DNA of 64,000 nucleotides from the human T2T-CHM13v2.0 reference genome, Homo sapiens (GCF_009914755.1 NC_060934.1); one strand, 5' to 3'; positions 31,269 to 46,389 are shown, counted from the first letter of the stretch. Made by a program: numbers and translations. The notes: generated from the letters alone by a model not told the origin.

Positions 31269-32131
31269 AAATTTTGGGCATTGGCGTGAAAGTCTGATTT
31301 ATTTTATGCTTAAGGCGTTAAGTGTTTTCACTGCTTTTTCTTCACCTCCTCACTTTTATTTTTGGATTTACTCTTTGTTCACATTAAACCACTATATTTA
31401 CATCTCAGACATTTGAAATCTTAACAACACAAATTCAGTAATATCAGAGGACATTTTGGTATTGCCAATCACTTCTTCAGAAGATCTCTTTACCTATGAA
31501 CTCCAGCCAAGATTTCCTGTCATCAGAACTCTCAACACATTTCTCTCTGTATACGCTGCATCTAAAGAGGCTGCACTGCAAAGCTGACTAAACAAAAGTT
31601 TATGGCACTCGTTCCAACTTTACCACTGACTAGTTGTGTGAACTTCGGACGGTTGACCTCTTTCGGCCTCAATTTCCGAGGCAATTAATAAAATCAGAAA
31701 TTCCATTCATCGTTCTGGATTGTTCCACTTAGGAATTTTGACTAGTTTTTTTCTGTGTTTTATAAAAATTTAAACACATAGCAATAAACATGGAAACTCA
31801 CCCAAACCTAAGATGTTACGCATATTGACTATTTTTAATGGGAGAATTCTACAGCAAAATCTTCATGATGCAGAGAATTAGGAAACCACATCAAATACGT
31901 GTTTTGGTGAAGTCTTCAGATGCATTATTCAACCTCTTTGGCTCAATTTTCATCATGTGAAATAAAGAGAGTAAACTGGAGGTTATCTGAATCTTCAGAA
32001 TTCAGTGCTTTGAGATATTATATCAACTTAGGTTGTTGAAATTGATGTGACAGTTTAACAACTCCTATCCAAATGGGTCACGTGTTTCTATTTAAAAAGA
32101 TATAAACCTTCTTCCATAAAAATCTTTTTTT

Positions 32132-32362
32132 TGAGAACACATGAACATAGGGAGGGGAGGAACACACACTGGGGCCTGTCAGGGGTGGGAATCGGGGGAG
32201 GAGAGCCTCAGGATAAATAGCTAACGCATGCTGGGCTTCACACCTAGGTGATGTGTTGGTAGGTGCGGCAAACCACCATGACACATGTTTACCTACGTAA
32301 CAAACCTACACGTCCTGCACATGTAACCCAGAACTTAAAGTTAAATCAAATTAAAATTTAAC
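32132..32362 (+). mobile_element. L1PA 3' end (L1PA11-13-like)
   Basis: tgagaacacatg...caggataaatagctaacgcatgc...acccagaacttaaag; TSD-like aaaatcttttttt / aaagtcttttttt. Confidence 0.9.
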
Positions 32363-32850
32363 AGTAGAAACAAAGTCTTTTTTTAAAAATTGAGAAAATC
32401 AGTTGAGAATTTAGCAGGAATATGGAATGAAATGTAAATGTTTTTGCTGTTTTCTCAATTAATTCTCATGATTTTCCTGAATTATATCTAGATAGATAAC
32501 AAAAGCATACAGATATCAGTATATTTAAGTAACTTTAACTATGAAAATTCAAAGTGAACAAACATAATTATGGAAATAATTTTCTCACTTAAAAGAGCAT
32601 TTTCTTGGAGTTAGTTGTTACCCATGTTTTTTCTTATTTTGTCAGAGAATTTTGGGAAGTAGCAAAATGTAAAACTACAACTGAAACATGACTATCATTG
32701 TCTAAAAATCAGGGTAAGTCCCATCCAGTGTGTTGTAGATATTTTTTTCATTGATTTTAATCTAAACACATTAATTCTCTTTTAAAATTAAGCATTTTCC
32801 CACAAACTCAAAGGTCACCAGAGAATTTGTTCAAGACTTAAAAAAAAGTT

Positions 32851-33665
32851 CTATTTGTGTTTTAGATTCAGGCAGAACATGTATAGGTTTGTTACCTGGG
32901 TATATTGTGTGATGCTGAGGTTTGGAGTATGATTGATCCTATCATCAAGGTAGACCATAATATTCAACAGGTAGTTTTATAGCCCTTTCCTTTTCCCTCC
33001 CTCCCCCTCTGTTAGTCCTCAGTGGCCATTGTTCCCATCTCTACATCTGTGTGTACCCAATGTTTAGCTCCCACTTATAAGTGAGAATATTGGTATTTGG
33101 TTTTCTGTTCCTGCATTAATTTGCTTAGGATAATGGCCTCTGGCTGCATCCATGTTACTGCAAAACATGATTTCACTCTTTTGTAGGGTTGTGTCATATT
33201 CCATGGTGTATATATACCACACCACATTTTCTTTATTCAGTCCACCACTGAGAGTCACCTAGGTTGATTCCATGACTTTGCTATTGTGACTAGTGCGGCA
33301 ATGAACATATGCATGAATGTATCTTTTTGGTAGAATGATTTATATTTCTTTGGGTACACACCCCGTAATGAGATGGCTAGGTCAAACGGTAGCTCTGATT
33401 TTAGTTCTTTGAGAAATCTCCAAACTGCTTTTCACAGTGGGCTGAGCTAATTTACATTTCTAACAACAGTGTATAAGTGTTCCCTTTTCTCCGCAGCCTC
33501 GCCAGTATCTGTTATTTTTTTACTTTTTACCAACAGCCATTCTGACTGATGTGACATGATGTCTCACTGTGGTTTCGATTTGCATTTCTCTGATGATCAG
33601 TGATGTGAGCTTCTTTATTTACGTTTGTTGGCTGCTTGTATGTCTTTTTTTGGGAAGTATCTGTG
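32851..33665 (-). mobile_element. L1PA16/L1PB-like 3' fragment
   Basis: gtgtacccaatgtttagctcccacttataagtgagaa...agttctttgagaaatctccaaactgct. Confidence 0.92.
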
Positions 33666-35399
33666 ACTTCTTTTGCATTAATAATCTGTATAGGTTAAGT
33701 AAGAGCAATCTTCAATAGTTAACTGAATATCATATTAATGATCTGCTTCATTTTGAGTAAACTAGTGCTTCTATTCCAGAAAGTGGTATAAAAAAAACCT
33801 GGTGAATATAATATAATATAATAAATATAATACTTTCTGTATATAATGTGCCCGACTGAAAAATTTATGATTATATTTTCCAAGTAAATTACTAGATTTG
33901 CACAGCTAGGTTTAAAAGAGAAAAAGGTCAGCAAAAAAGGTGGGGTGGGTTATGGTAATTTCCATACACCACACCCCAAACTGGCAAAGGTATATCACAA
34001 TTAATCATCTTATGACGTTAGAAGAGTGTCTGTTTCCACCCGAGTTACACATTGGCAGAGATATGCATGCACTGAATTCTGCTACACTTTAAACAAAGGA
34101 TACAAATTGCTAAGGAAAGGACAGTCTCAGCCAGCAATATCAATTCTCAGAACCAGAAGAGAAAGTAAGATCTTTTCACATGCTTTCCGTTCTTTCCGTT
34201 GCATTTTGCATTCTTCTTATCCATTCTATTTCCTTTCCCACCCCTCCTAGGCCTCTATCGATTAAGGTTGTACTGTTCCACTGCTTTCCACCAGGGTCCA
34301 GTGGCTACATCCCTCTCCTTGTCAAAATCTGCTTTAAAGAAAGCCTCTGATAATCTTTCCCCCACTCCCCGGCCCTTGGGTAGAGCAATAATTTAAAGTA
34401 TTGCCATACCCAGAAGAGTTGCATTTTAACAGGAATCAAATGCCTTGGGGTAAGAAATGAAACTCTTCTTATATAATTTCAGGCATCAGTAAGCAGATGG
34501 GACATTTATCTGAGGGGTTTTCCTAGTCTCTGGAACTCTGTGGGACTTCTCCAATCCCATCTATGTAGAAAGTTATTCCAGACATTGCTAATGTTACCAT
34601 CATCTGCATCATGTTTTATACTCTAACACGTCGCTAACTTCAGAAAACTCAGCTTCCCTGTATACCAGCCTTATGCTGGACAATGTGCATCAAGTTCCCA
34701 TATGAAACTCTTCTACAACTGCCTTCCCCAGATTTATTTAGACATTTCAATGCTGACCCATTTTTATTGTTTTACTGTATCTACCCTTAAATAGAAGAAT
34801 CAGTGACAGGCAGGAGAGAAACATAAACTTGGGAAGGAGAAGAAAAGGAAAAAACTGGAATAACCTATAAAGAATACAACAAAACAATGTAGAGTACAGA
34901 GAACATTATCTTTCAAGCTGATTTACAGGTACCATTCAGTTCATTTAGGCTATATCACTTACGGTAGTGGATTCTTTGAATCAGATAATAGTCTCAATCT
35001 GTCATTTCCCTGTTCCTTGCATAGATAATACCTCTGAGTCATACTCCCTAGAGCATAGTTAATTGATAAAAGGGTGCTTTTAGGACACACCAAAGTCCAA
35101 AAACAAAAAAATAGCAAATCAACATCAAGGCAGCTAACTAGAAAGGAAAAGGAGAATCGTAACTGGTTGCATGATTTGATTGCTAATCTCATCATTGGGA
35201 ACACCTTCATGATGATGTAACCATATTACATAGTTCTACTATGTATTGGCAGAGTCAATATGATTGTAATTGCTGAAATGAATGTATGCTGCTTCAGTTC
35301 ACTTAATTAGACAGACATCCTTTGGCTGACTATAGTTTATTTGCTGTGACCACTACTGCTCTAAGTGAAAAATCTTATTTCTGGGTTAAATTCTAGACT

Positions 35400-35660
35400 A
35401 TATCCTACCTGGCCTTTACTTCCTTTGAGTCTCTCCACTATAGTAGGCTCTACACAACAGTTACCACTTTAATCTTCCGAGAAGTGATGGCCATTGTGTC
35501 ATATTCCTTTCCCCCAAATATTTTATAGTTATCTGATTTCTAAAAGATAAAGACAAAATCCTTTAGTTTATCACTCAGTACTTTGTAGTCTAAATCTACC
35601 TACTTTTCAACCTAATTTCTCATGAATCTCCTGCATTAATCCTCCACTTTATTCTGGGTT
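35400..35660 (+). mobile_element. L2 fragment
   Basis: cctacctggcct...ccattgtgtcatattcc...agataaagacaaaatccttt. Confidence 0.55.
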
Positions 35661-35695
35661 TTTACCCATTTGTCTCCCAATTCCCCTAGAATTGA

Positions 35696-35983
<288 letters not shown>

Positions 35984-36115
35984 TGATTCTGCTGCTTTCT
36001 AGTTATATGACCTTGCATAAGTTACTTGACATCTTTGTACTCAGTTTACTCATCTGTAAAATAAAATAGCTATATCTTGTATCTCCTAGAATTTTTATGA
36101 AGATTATAATTTTAA
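35984..36115 (+). mobile_element. MIR fragment
   Basis: tgaccttgcataagttacttgacatctttgtactcagtttactcatctgtaaaat. Confidence 0.75.
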
Positions 36116-37489
36116 ACTTGATCAATATTCAGATTAATACTTTGCTATTATGAATCATTTTAAATTCGTTATTAAATAACAAAATAAAGCAGATAGCTAT
36201 TATTTCACTGAATTCTAAGTACCACGAGAGTGACTTACCGCATATATTTTGCTATATCTCCTGAATTTAGAAGAGTTCATGGCACTTTCAAGACAATAAA
36301 TGCTTGTTGAATAATAATAGTAATTATTATGCATCTTATTTTGGGCTCTAATTATTATTACTCTTCTGACAGAGGCATGCATAAATGTTACAAGTGTGGC
36401 CAGAGTGATACTCTACCTAAATTGTCTACATTTACAAGCCTTGTTTTTTGAGTATATTGTATGAGAAAGTTAAAAAGTCAATGCTTCTCATTACACTAAA
36501 TTCACTTTTCTGCCTCACGGACATTTGGTAAACCATGGCACCTACATATTTACACCTATAGACGTCTGTAAATTGTTTAAGTTACCCAACAATGAATAGA
36601 TAATTTTAAAATAATAATACCAGGTTCATGTGTTTACTTACTTGTGACCAATTAATTAAAATTTTATATCTTGTCATCTTATAACAAATGATCACTGATC
36701 CTATGAAACAGTTTCAAAATGGGGCTTTGAATAAAGACTATTTACGACGAGTCCAGAGTGTGAACTTTACAGAGAGTAATGCTTATGTGGTGTCTTTTAT
36801 TTGTGGTAAGAAATGATTTAATTTTTTAAAAAATTATCCTTGAATCCCCACTGCTCGAAATTACTTCTGTTTATGTACAGAGAGTTGAGCTAGTGGAGGA
36901 AAAGGCATATAAATGAATGGAGTCCTTTCCTCCACTTGAGTACAACAAAGCTTCAAGATCGAGGATGTGATAGGAACCACGGCCAAATAACGCTTACAAA
37001 CTTTAACAATCAAACGAATCCCTCTTAGCAAGGGGAGAAAATATAAAACATGAACTGCTGCTTGACACAGAACCTGGGCTAGGAGGTGAACAGGCTGTAA
37101 AGACTTGTTCCATTGATTCAGTTACTTGGTTTTACTTTTAGAATTCAAGAAATAAGGGTATTTATCTCAAGAAAAAGGGCTCTGGTCTCCATCCCACTTC
37201 ATATTTTATTTTAAATGGAGAAGTTCATATTAAGCAAATGCTTTGGAAAACAGGTAAATATGGTCAAGCCCCTAAGAGTAACTCTATGTGTTTTTCTCAC
37301 CAATATGTCCTCAGTTCTAGAGCAGTTTTTGACACATAATTGGGGAATTGGTAATAATTTGTTGAATGTTTCAAGTCTTTCTTATGAAGATATCCTAGAC
37401 TTTAGATAGTCAACAAATAAATAAATTGATTGACCAATTATTTACAGTTTGCTTCATTGTCTTAGCATCCTATATCGATATTTTTAATT

Positions 37490-38540
37490 CTCAGAACCCT
37501 TTTAAGAATTGAGATGAAAGTGTGTTGATGACCTTCTATCCCTAAATATTCCAGTGTGTATTATTAAAAATAAGAGCACTCTCCAATATCACCACTACAT
37601 GAATTAGGAAATTTAACATTGCTAATGTTAAATATATAACACATTGTCTAATCCACAGTCTATATTCAAAGTCTTTAATTGTCCTAATAATTCTTTGTTT
37701 TTTGAGACAAGAGTCTCACTCTGTCACCTAGGCTGGAGTGACACCCCGTCTGCCATGGCACGACTGTGGCTCACTGCAGCCTCAAACTCCTGGGCTCAAG
37801 CCATCCTCCCACCCCAACCTTCCAAGTAGCTGGAACTACAGGCATACACCAGCACACCTGGCTAATTTTTGCAGTTTTTGGAGACATGAGGTTTCACTAT
37901 GTTCCCCAGGCTGGTCTGGAACTCCTGGGCTCAAGCGATCCACCCATCTTGGCCTCTCAAAGTGCTAAGATTATAGGCGTGAACCAACATGCCTGGACAA
38001 TAATATTTTTAATAAGATCCAGTCCAGAATCACACATTGCATTTAGTTTCATGAGATTTTAGTTTCATGTAGTCTTGAACAATTTCTCAGTCTTTGTCTT
38101 TCTGGGCCTTGGCGTTTTTGGAGATTGTTCAATTATTTTTGTATAAGGCACTCCGATTTCAGTTTGTCTGATGTTTCTTCATGATATGATTCAAATTATG
38201 CAGTTTTTGGGAAGAGGACAGGAATACCACAAATGTGATGTGGTGTCCTTCTCGGTATGTTATTTCAGGAGGCACTTGAATTTGGTTTGCTATTACTGAT
38301 GACTTTAGTTGTAGTTGCTTGATAAATGTGCTGTCCACTCGGTTTCTCAACTATAGTCTCTATTTTCCTCTTTGTATGTATTTGTGAGAAGACACTCAGA
38401 GACTGTGAGGGGAGACTGTGAGACTAATGTGTGTTTCTGAGGGGATGCTCTAAGACTGTGCAAATATCCTCTTCTTCACCAAACTTTGAACTACTGGTTT
38501 TAGCATATTCATTGATGATTTTCTAACTCTATCACTGTAT
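37490..38540 (-). mobile_element. L1MC4/5-like 3' UTR, interrupted by AluJ
   Basis: ccctaaatattccagtgtgt...aggaaatttaacattg...gatccagtccagaatcacacattgcatttag...tttgtctgatgtttcttcatgat. Confidence 0.75.
37691..37998 (-). mobile_element. AluJ
   Basis: ctcactgcagcctcaaactcctgggctcaag (J-type); small non-Alu insertion near 37741. Confidence 0.92.
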
Positions 38541-38843
38541 CCCAGATTATTGATTATAAGCAGAGTTTTAAAGAGATATTTTCAAGATATTTTCAACTAT
38601 GTATAATGAAAAATTTAAAAAGCCATATTAGAGATAAGTGGATGCATAGATTAGAGCCACAGAGATTAGAAAAATGAACATCATTTTAACTCTGGGGGAC
38701 TTTTTTTTTTTCCAGCAATGAGATTCTTTCTCTTTAGCCACAGCACCAAACTCTGAACCGGCTGAGCCTGGTTAGCCCTTGATTCATTGTATAAGTGTGA
38801 GTAAATTCCTAAATCACTTTGAACTTGATTTCTTTCTCCTTAA

Positions 38844-39290
38844 AAACATTATTATTATTAACAATATATAATATTATATAATAAAGGTATCATAATATTA
38901 TATATTATTAATATATAATATTGCTGTATAACAATACTGTTGTTGTTATATATAATAATATTGGGTCTTCCTTTACTTCCCAAGAATGAGTAAAAAAAAA
39001 TCATTATGATGGACATTTGAACTCTTTGATGAAAGGTAATTTATCAAGCCCAGATCAAGTTATTAGTTCCTATTATGTCTATAAATATTCTTCCTGTTTC
39101 TGAGGGCACTATATCTCCCAAACTTTATTCTATATGAGACACCACTGCCAACTCCCATGACCTCATTTTTGGAACACGTAACAGCTCTTGCCAAAGGAGT
39201 CTGACACAAATGAAGCGTCCTCTAGCCTCAAGTCTTCCTTATTCACACTTTCTCTTTAAAAACATTTCTGATTGATGCCCAAGGCATCTA
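38844..39290 (+). repeat. Segmental duplication, copy 1 (paralog of 63553-64000)
   Basis: Colinear direct match of mostly unique sequence, e.g. taatttatcaagcccagatcaa, agacaccactgccaactcccatgacct, agtctgacacaaatgaagcgtcctctagcctc. Confidence 0.97.
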
Positions 39291-41864
39291 TTTCACAATC
39301 TTAATTTCAATTTGCCTCACCCTTAGGTGGGACTCTCTCCTGCTGATTTTGCAAAAGTTCAACTTTTTCTATTTGCAACTACCTAGATTGGAAATGGTTA
39401 GAGACTGAGACAGTGTAACTGGCAAATTGACTCCCCACTGGGACTAACTTGGCTCAGCCTCCCAGTTCTAAGGAAGGCTCGCCACCAACTCAGGGAGCAG
39501 AAACGTTGTCTGCAAGTGGGGATTCTCCTAGCTGAATTCTCTTTTGAGAAGATACATAGAGCATAAGTACAGACCAGTATGGAGCTATTCTGGAATAACC
39601 TTTGAATTTAATGGGAGAAATAGCCATGCTGCAAAGTACTTTCAAAGGCAGCCCTTTAGCCCCACCGACTTAACTTGTGAGATCAGCCTGTTTCTGATCA
39701 TCCTTTGTAAAACACACAAGAGGAGTGACACATTGTCATTCTCTCACCTAGATATAAACCCACATCATTTACCCAAACTAGATTAATCCTCTTAACACCT
39801 CTGCAGTGAGGACTGTCTGTACTCAATTGCAGAACAATTCTTGCAATTGGTTCTTGTCTCAGCAGGAAGCACATAGGAGGCCTCACGGCTAAGGCAGAAA
39901 TTGTCTTCCATGTTCTGGCAGCTCATTGGTGGGATGTAACTGAATGGCCTGGTTTGATTCCGGTTTGCTTGTATTTACCTGGGTTCCCTGATTCCCTCCC
40001 AAGTACAGGCCTTGTTGCTGTAACTATAGACACACTCTATCTCAATGAACTTTATTTGTCTCAACTTTTCCTTGGCAATCTGAGCTCTGGCTTCTCATGC
40101 TTACTTGTTGTGGCCAATAGCCCCAGTGCAGCAGGAGTGGAAATGCATCATATGTTGAAATAAACTGGAAATTGAAGCATTAAAACCACTCTGATTCCTA
40201 TTTGGGTGACTGCCACATCCCTTTCCACCAAAGAGTTCATTGGACATCTCCGGGATATTCAGCCACTCCTATAAAACTGGCATGTTGTGAATCAAAATAG
40301 CATATTTTGCTATTTTTGCATAGCTAATACCAATGGTCTACAGAATGAGCTGATGACTTAAATAAATTAGTTCCTTCCAGTTCTAATTTAATTCTGTGAA
40401 AAACTCAAACTGAGGTAGTGACATCGTATCTTAGCCTAAGAAGAGATTTTTCACATGAGAAAAATCAAGCCTAAGGATTGGATAACTCATTCCAAAATGA
40501 AACAGACCATCTGGACTTAAAGTTTTGGTTTTCTGCACCTTAGTTTTACCTTTTAATGACTTTAAAAACTGAAGAATAAGAAGGAAAAGAAAAAACCCTT
40601 GGGGAAAAATGTAGTTGGTTTTAACATTGTTACTATCAGTATTACCACCACAATTAAATCCTGTGCTCAGTGATATGGATATGTCACTTAACCCTGTTTG
40701 TCCTTGACTCAGAAGACTTGGAAGATACAGTGAAACACCTTTAGTGTTTTTCTAAAGACAAAATTTGCATTCTTTTTCTTTAGGAATATCTACATTTCCC
40801 AGTAGTACTTTGAATTTGATCATGTGCACAGATGTGATTGATGTTGATTTTGAGCATGTGTAAGCTACATACTAGGCTATGGACATATCATAAAATCAAA
40901 CATGGCAAGATAGGGCTTTAGGAATTGGCCCAAGGGCTTCAGCCAGAAAATGATCTCAAGTCTCCTTAGACATTTAATACTATATATTTAATATATTTTT
41001 CTTGAATTTTAATCACAGTTGAAATTCTCTAAAAGTCTGAATTAGTTGTCTTTGATCTTTTTAGTTCAATAGATTAAAAGTCTCAAAGCATCTCTTATAA
41101 CAATATAGTTTTTAAAAAGCTTTCTAAAAGTAAAGATTAATGGTATTTTTCATGATAATAAATGCATTTTAACTGCCAAAGCCGAAGCTCAAGAGTGAAA
41201 TGTAAAGTTGTGCACAATTTTAGGAAGATTTGAGCATTCTTAGGAGTTGAGGATCAACTGCCCAATTTTAATGACATCTTATTTGGCTGATCTTCAGGAA
41301 TAAATGGGTTTTGGACTTTTCTTGCAATCTTTTTCCTGCTTCTCCAATCGTCAGACAACATACATACACGCAGACCTACAGACATACACACCCACAAATC
41401 AATAAGGAGTCAAGGAGAGGTTGTCTTTTCAAAATGTGACTGCATTTAACATTTTGAAAACTTTTCAAACTGGACTCAATGCAGTTGAATGCTTGAAGTG
41501 TTCAGAGAGATTTAAAGACATGTACTCCTTCCTGTTAGCCCCACATGGTTTAATGGGTGAGATGAGAGATCACCTCAAGATTATTTCCAAGCCAAGAACA
41601 GAAAAGATGAAGAAAAACAAAATCAAACAAAAATGTTAGGCCTTTTATATGCTAGATCTTTTGTATATTAGTGATCTAGCATAGCAGGGAGGTACTTTAA
41701 AAAGGAACACACAGGATATTTACTTATATCTATGTATTTATGCATTATACACATATAAAGATGATTTGTCTGTCCTACCTGAAGATTCAATCATTTTCTT
41801 CTAATTGCGGATCTAGTTACACAATCTGTCTACATTTAATTTGCTGTTAAAAATATATACTATG

Positions 41865-42305
41865 ACAACCCAATTGCCTATCAGTGATAGACTGGATAAA
41901 GAAAATGTGGCACATACACACCATGGAATACTATGCAGCCATAAAAAAGAATGAGTTCATGTCCTTTGCAGGAACATGGATGAAACTGGAAACCATCATT
42001 CTCAGCAAACTGACACAGGAACAGAAATCCAAACACCGCATGTTCTCACTCATAACTGGGAGTTGAACAATGAGAACACGTGGACACAGGGAGGGCCTGT
42101 GTCACACACCGGGGCCTGTCAGGGGGTCGGGGGTAGGGGAGGGATAGCATTAGGAGAAATACCTAATGTAGATGACGGGATGATGGGTACAGTAAACCAC
42201 CATGGCACGTGTATACCGACGTAACAAATCTGCACGTTCTGCACATGTATCCCAGAACTTAAAGTATAATAAAAATTATAATAAAATAAAGCATAATAAA
42301 AATTA
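41865..42305 (+). mobile_element. L1PA (L1PA7-like) 3' end
   Basis: gactggataaagaaaatgtggcac...gtatcccagaacttaaagtataat plus A-rich tail; ORF track peptide MIDWIKKMWHIHTMEYYAAIKK is the L1 ORF2 C-terminus. Confidence 0.95.
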
Positions 42306-42864
42306 TATCTATACATCTATATATAGAAAGAGATATAGATAGATAGATATAAGTGCATTCTCCAGAAGGCAATTGCTTCTCCCCAAAACATGTTCTACTT
42401 CTTTTAAAGCCTCTGGTAAAACTTTTATCTAAGCCATCAGATTTAGCAATTTGTAACTGATCTAATCTCTCCACAAAATCCTTGCTTACTGAAATTGCAT
42501 CCAACAGTTTCTCACTATAAACCATTCAGCTCACATAAAACTGAATGACAAACTATGTCTTTCTTCTTTTTTATTTTCATAGTCTCATGCTGTTTTTCTT
42601 TTAACCCCTCCAAATAGATAAGCTTCATCAGAAATCATAAATCATTTCAGCAATTACCAGGTATGGCATTATGAAATAGATAATCATTTAGAATTAACAT
42701 AATAAACATAAAGAACCGCAATATCGGCCATCATCAGATGGAATTTAAGTAATTACAATATTCTTTTTCATTAATCCTCCAATAGAATATAAGTGTTTCT
42801 AAAGGTTTATAGGTGAGTGCCATTATCTGAAAGAGGCTTTCTTTTTATTCCTTTATTATTTAAT

Positions 42865-42980
42865 GCATTCACTCATTCATCAAACATTGATTATTATCTA
42901 AGCACCAAATATTATGTAAGTATAGAGGATATAATGATGAACAAAAATAGGCACATGATTCATAATTGTTTAGTTTAAAC
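42865..42980 (-). mobile_element. L2 3' end
   Basis: cattcactcattcatcaaacattga...gatataatgatgaacaaaatagg. Confidence 0.6.
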
Positions 42981-44175
42981 ATAAAATTGTCTCAATAATT
43001 AACTATGAGGCTGAATGACAAATGTCTATTACATAAACCTCTTTTGAATAGGCAATTTTGTTTGGGAAAAAAACTTATCCTTGTCTTCTCTATTAATTAC
43101 TGGGTTGTCTAGCATTGTGTTTGATGCAAATTAGGTGCTCAATTAATACATATTTAATGATGAAATTTATGTTTATATTAATATAAAATCTTTGATCTTC
43201 TAGATTTTGAAATTCCACTTATTACAGTTTCTTGAGTCTCATTTTGAGCTTATAATAAAGGTCTTTATTTCACTGTGAACCCAAATTCTGGCCAGTACCT
43301 AAACTACTTCTTCACAATAAATATGTCACTATTTCTTGGGCTGCCTAAATTACATGGATTTTATTATATCTGGATTTCCATAAATCCCCACAAGTGCCTA
43401 ACCTAATGGGCAGAAGGTATGGCATTTGTGAAATTGGGACCTGAGAATCCAGGTGATTCCTAACAGTAAATAAGATTAATCCCATGAAACTAGGAAAATT
43501 TGCTTAATGTATATGTTATTTGAAGTCTTGTCATACCCTGAAACAATTGGGCTTAAATGCCGGAAAATGAGAGATCAATGTGAGAAGATGAGAAGGTACT
43601 CTCCAATTTTTTGTGCCCCATAGTACTTTGCAGAAAAGGCACTTAATGGCTATCTACGGAGCAAGTGGTTGATTGACAGGTTGAATCAACTATTTTTTCC
43701 TGGGAAAGTAAATAGGAGTACTGAAAAGTGTAAAATCAGTTCTATGTTGAGATTTCCAGATGTGATTTGCAATGTCATAACTTTGACATGTGACAACAAA
43801 AGATGAGTCTGTCTTAGATAGAATCAATATACGATGATTCCCTCCTTTTCTCCTGTTCGACTCAGCTGCAAGAAAACTTGTAGTTCTCCAAGCATGACGA
43901 GGCTGGCTGACTTCTGTGCAACTTCAGTTTTTCCCTGAAGTTGTAGTTCTTTCAGAGCCCTGCTTAAGGTAGGATGGATGCCTCCCAGTGGATGGTACAT
44001 ATTGGATAGGTGCAGAGACTTGGTCTCTGTCTCTCTTGCCCTGAAGTTCAAGTTTTTCTGAATTAACCTATGTCCTCAGAATGCCACTTACTCCTCTGGT
44101 TACCGCTCTAAGATTCTGGCCTGGTTATTTCTTAACTAATCTAATGGCTGTCTGATGCTTCTAAAGAACATTTAT

Positions 44176-44470
44176 GCCATTATCCTCAGCAAACTAACAG
44201 AGGAACAGAAAACCAAACACTGTATGTTCTCTTATAAGCGGAAGCTGAGCAGTGAGAACACATGGACACAGGGAGGGAAACAACACACACTGGGGCCTGT
44301 TGGGGGCGCAGGGGGAGGGAGAGCATTAGGATAAATAGCTGATGCATGCAGGGCTTAGTACCTGGGTGATGGGTTGATAGGTGCAGCAAACCACCAGGGC
44401 ACACGTTTACCTATGTAGCAAACCTGCACTTGCATCTCAGAAATTAAAATTAAAATTAAATTATATTAAA
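44176..44470 (+). mobile_element. L1PA (L1PA11-13-like) 3' end
   Basis: gccattatcctcagcaaactaac...ggataaatagctgatgcatgc... Confidence 0.92.
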
Positions 44471-46389
44471 AAACTATCTAGTATCCCTTTTAGTTTTCAG
44501 TAGGAAGATTGTTGTAAACAACCTAATATGACTTATTTACAGAAACAGAAGCTGGAATTATCAATAGTGTTTTTTTATTAATGGATTTCTTTTGGATTGC
44601 ACCATTCTACAACAGCCAGCATGATACTGACCACAAGACAGTCTAAGTAGAAAAATGCTACCTTAGAATTGGCTCATGTTCTAAAATTCCTATATCTTCT
44701 CTTTTAAAAAATGCCCAATAAACTACAGATTTGCAAATTTTCTTTCTATATTTATAGATAATTCCATATATGGGATATGCTAAGATATTGGGATATAACG
44801 TTTGCACAGTTTCGCATCTTTTATTACTAGTGTTCTGCCTTTTCAGTGATGTACTAAAAGATTTTGGACAAATGAATCCCCATGATATCAGCTTGATTTT
44901 GAGTGTTTAAAACAAAATCTTCTTTAAATGCTTCCTTCCTCATTCTTTCCATATTTTATGGTATTATTTTTCATTCTGAATTAGCAGCATCTTTGAATTA
45001 TTCTCATTTCACCAAAGTCATCTGTTATAATGATATTATTACTTGATAAAGTACAATGTCATTTAATTAACTCCTCACCTCCTGGATAAATTTTATGTGA
45101 TCACATGTATTTATTCAACCCATACTTAATGGATGCCTAATATATGCTAGGCACAATGTTAGACACTGAGAAGCAGATTAGTTGCAGAAAAATTGTTGCA
45201 CAGTTGTTCTACTTCTACTGTCTCCATTACAGAATCTTTTTCATTATTTTTGAAAGGACTTTGCAGTGGAATAGCTAATATGTTATCTTCAACATGATTT
45301 CCTTTTCATGACACTCCCTAATCATTTCCCAATATTGGTAAAATGAGGACATGTGAATCAATTGTCTCTGAATTCATTTTTAAATGACTCATGGAGATAA
45401 TCATCTAAATAGGAAAATATGAAGCACTTATATTTTATTTCTTCATATTAAAGGTCCCTTAAGAATACCTCTACTCAAATAAAATGCACCAGTGTTAATG
45501 TTTTCTGGAACATATTTAATTCAGTAGTAGTTTAGTTGACTTATCTCTCATCTCTATGAAATTTAATGTCTTTTCTTATTCTTCAGGACAAAACTTTTAC
45601 TTGAATGCATTGTTTCAGGTGTATCAGTTGAAATACAAATAGAACTGTTGCTATATATACGACATTTATAGCATCAAAAATAAGATCCAGTTCTTCTGCA
45701 TATATTAAAAAAACTGATTCAAAAATCAGTAGGTTTGGTTGAATATATGGGGACATAATAGGGTCTTGAATGTAGTTGCAGTGCTCTACTCCATATTATC
45801 TTATAATTCTGAAGTTACACATCTTTCTAAAGATGTAAGGACAATGTATTATGTACTGAATATTTATCTGAGAGCACACTGACTTAATATGTTCTTTCAA
45901 GTCTACTCTTGGAATTTCTTTCCACATTGAAATGTAAGGCTTGATTAGCGCATAGAAAGTATACATTTCGGAACATTATGCTTATTCCTACCAAATATAA
46001 AGTTTCATTATTTTTTGAAATAAAGAATTAATTATTTTAAACCCTTAGAGAAATGGGATGAGCAAAATTTTAATAGTGATCATTATTCTAGAAACATCCT
46101 ATGTTAACCCAAATTTAGAACTAAGAAATATACACTTCAATAAATTATCCCCATAAGAAATTTCTCTACAAATTATAGTTTGCATCTCATGTGATCATAA
46201 CATTAAGCTTGAAACTTAACAATTCTACATCATTTTTCGTACTTAAAACACCTTGGAACAGCATTAACTAATTAATCAAATTAGATAACAATTCTGTTAT
46301 GAACTGAAAATTATATTGAATCATTTGCTGCAGAATATCAAGATGGCATATGTATAGATGTCATTTTTGAAGTAATGATTATAGCCATG

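Noticed and set aside
41884-42066. ORF MIDWIKKMWHIHTMEYYAAIKK...
   Set aside because: C-terminal remnant of L1 ORF2p in a 5'-truncated copy; not a gene
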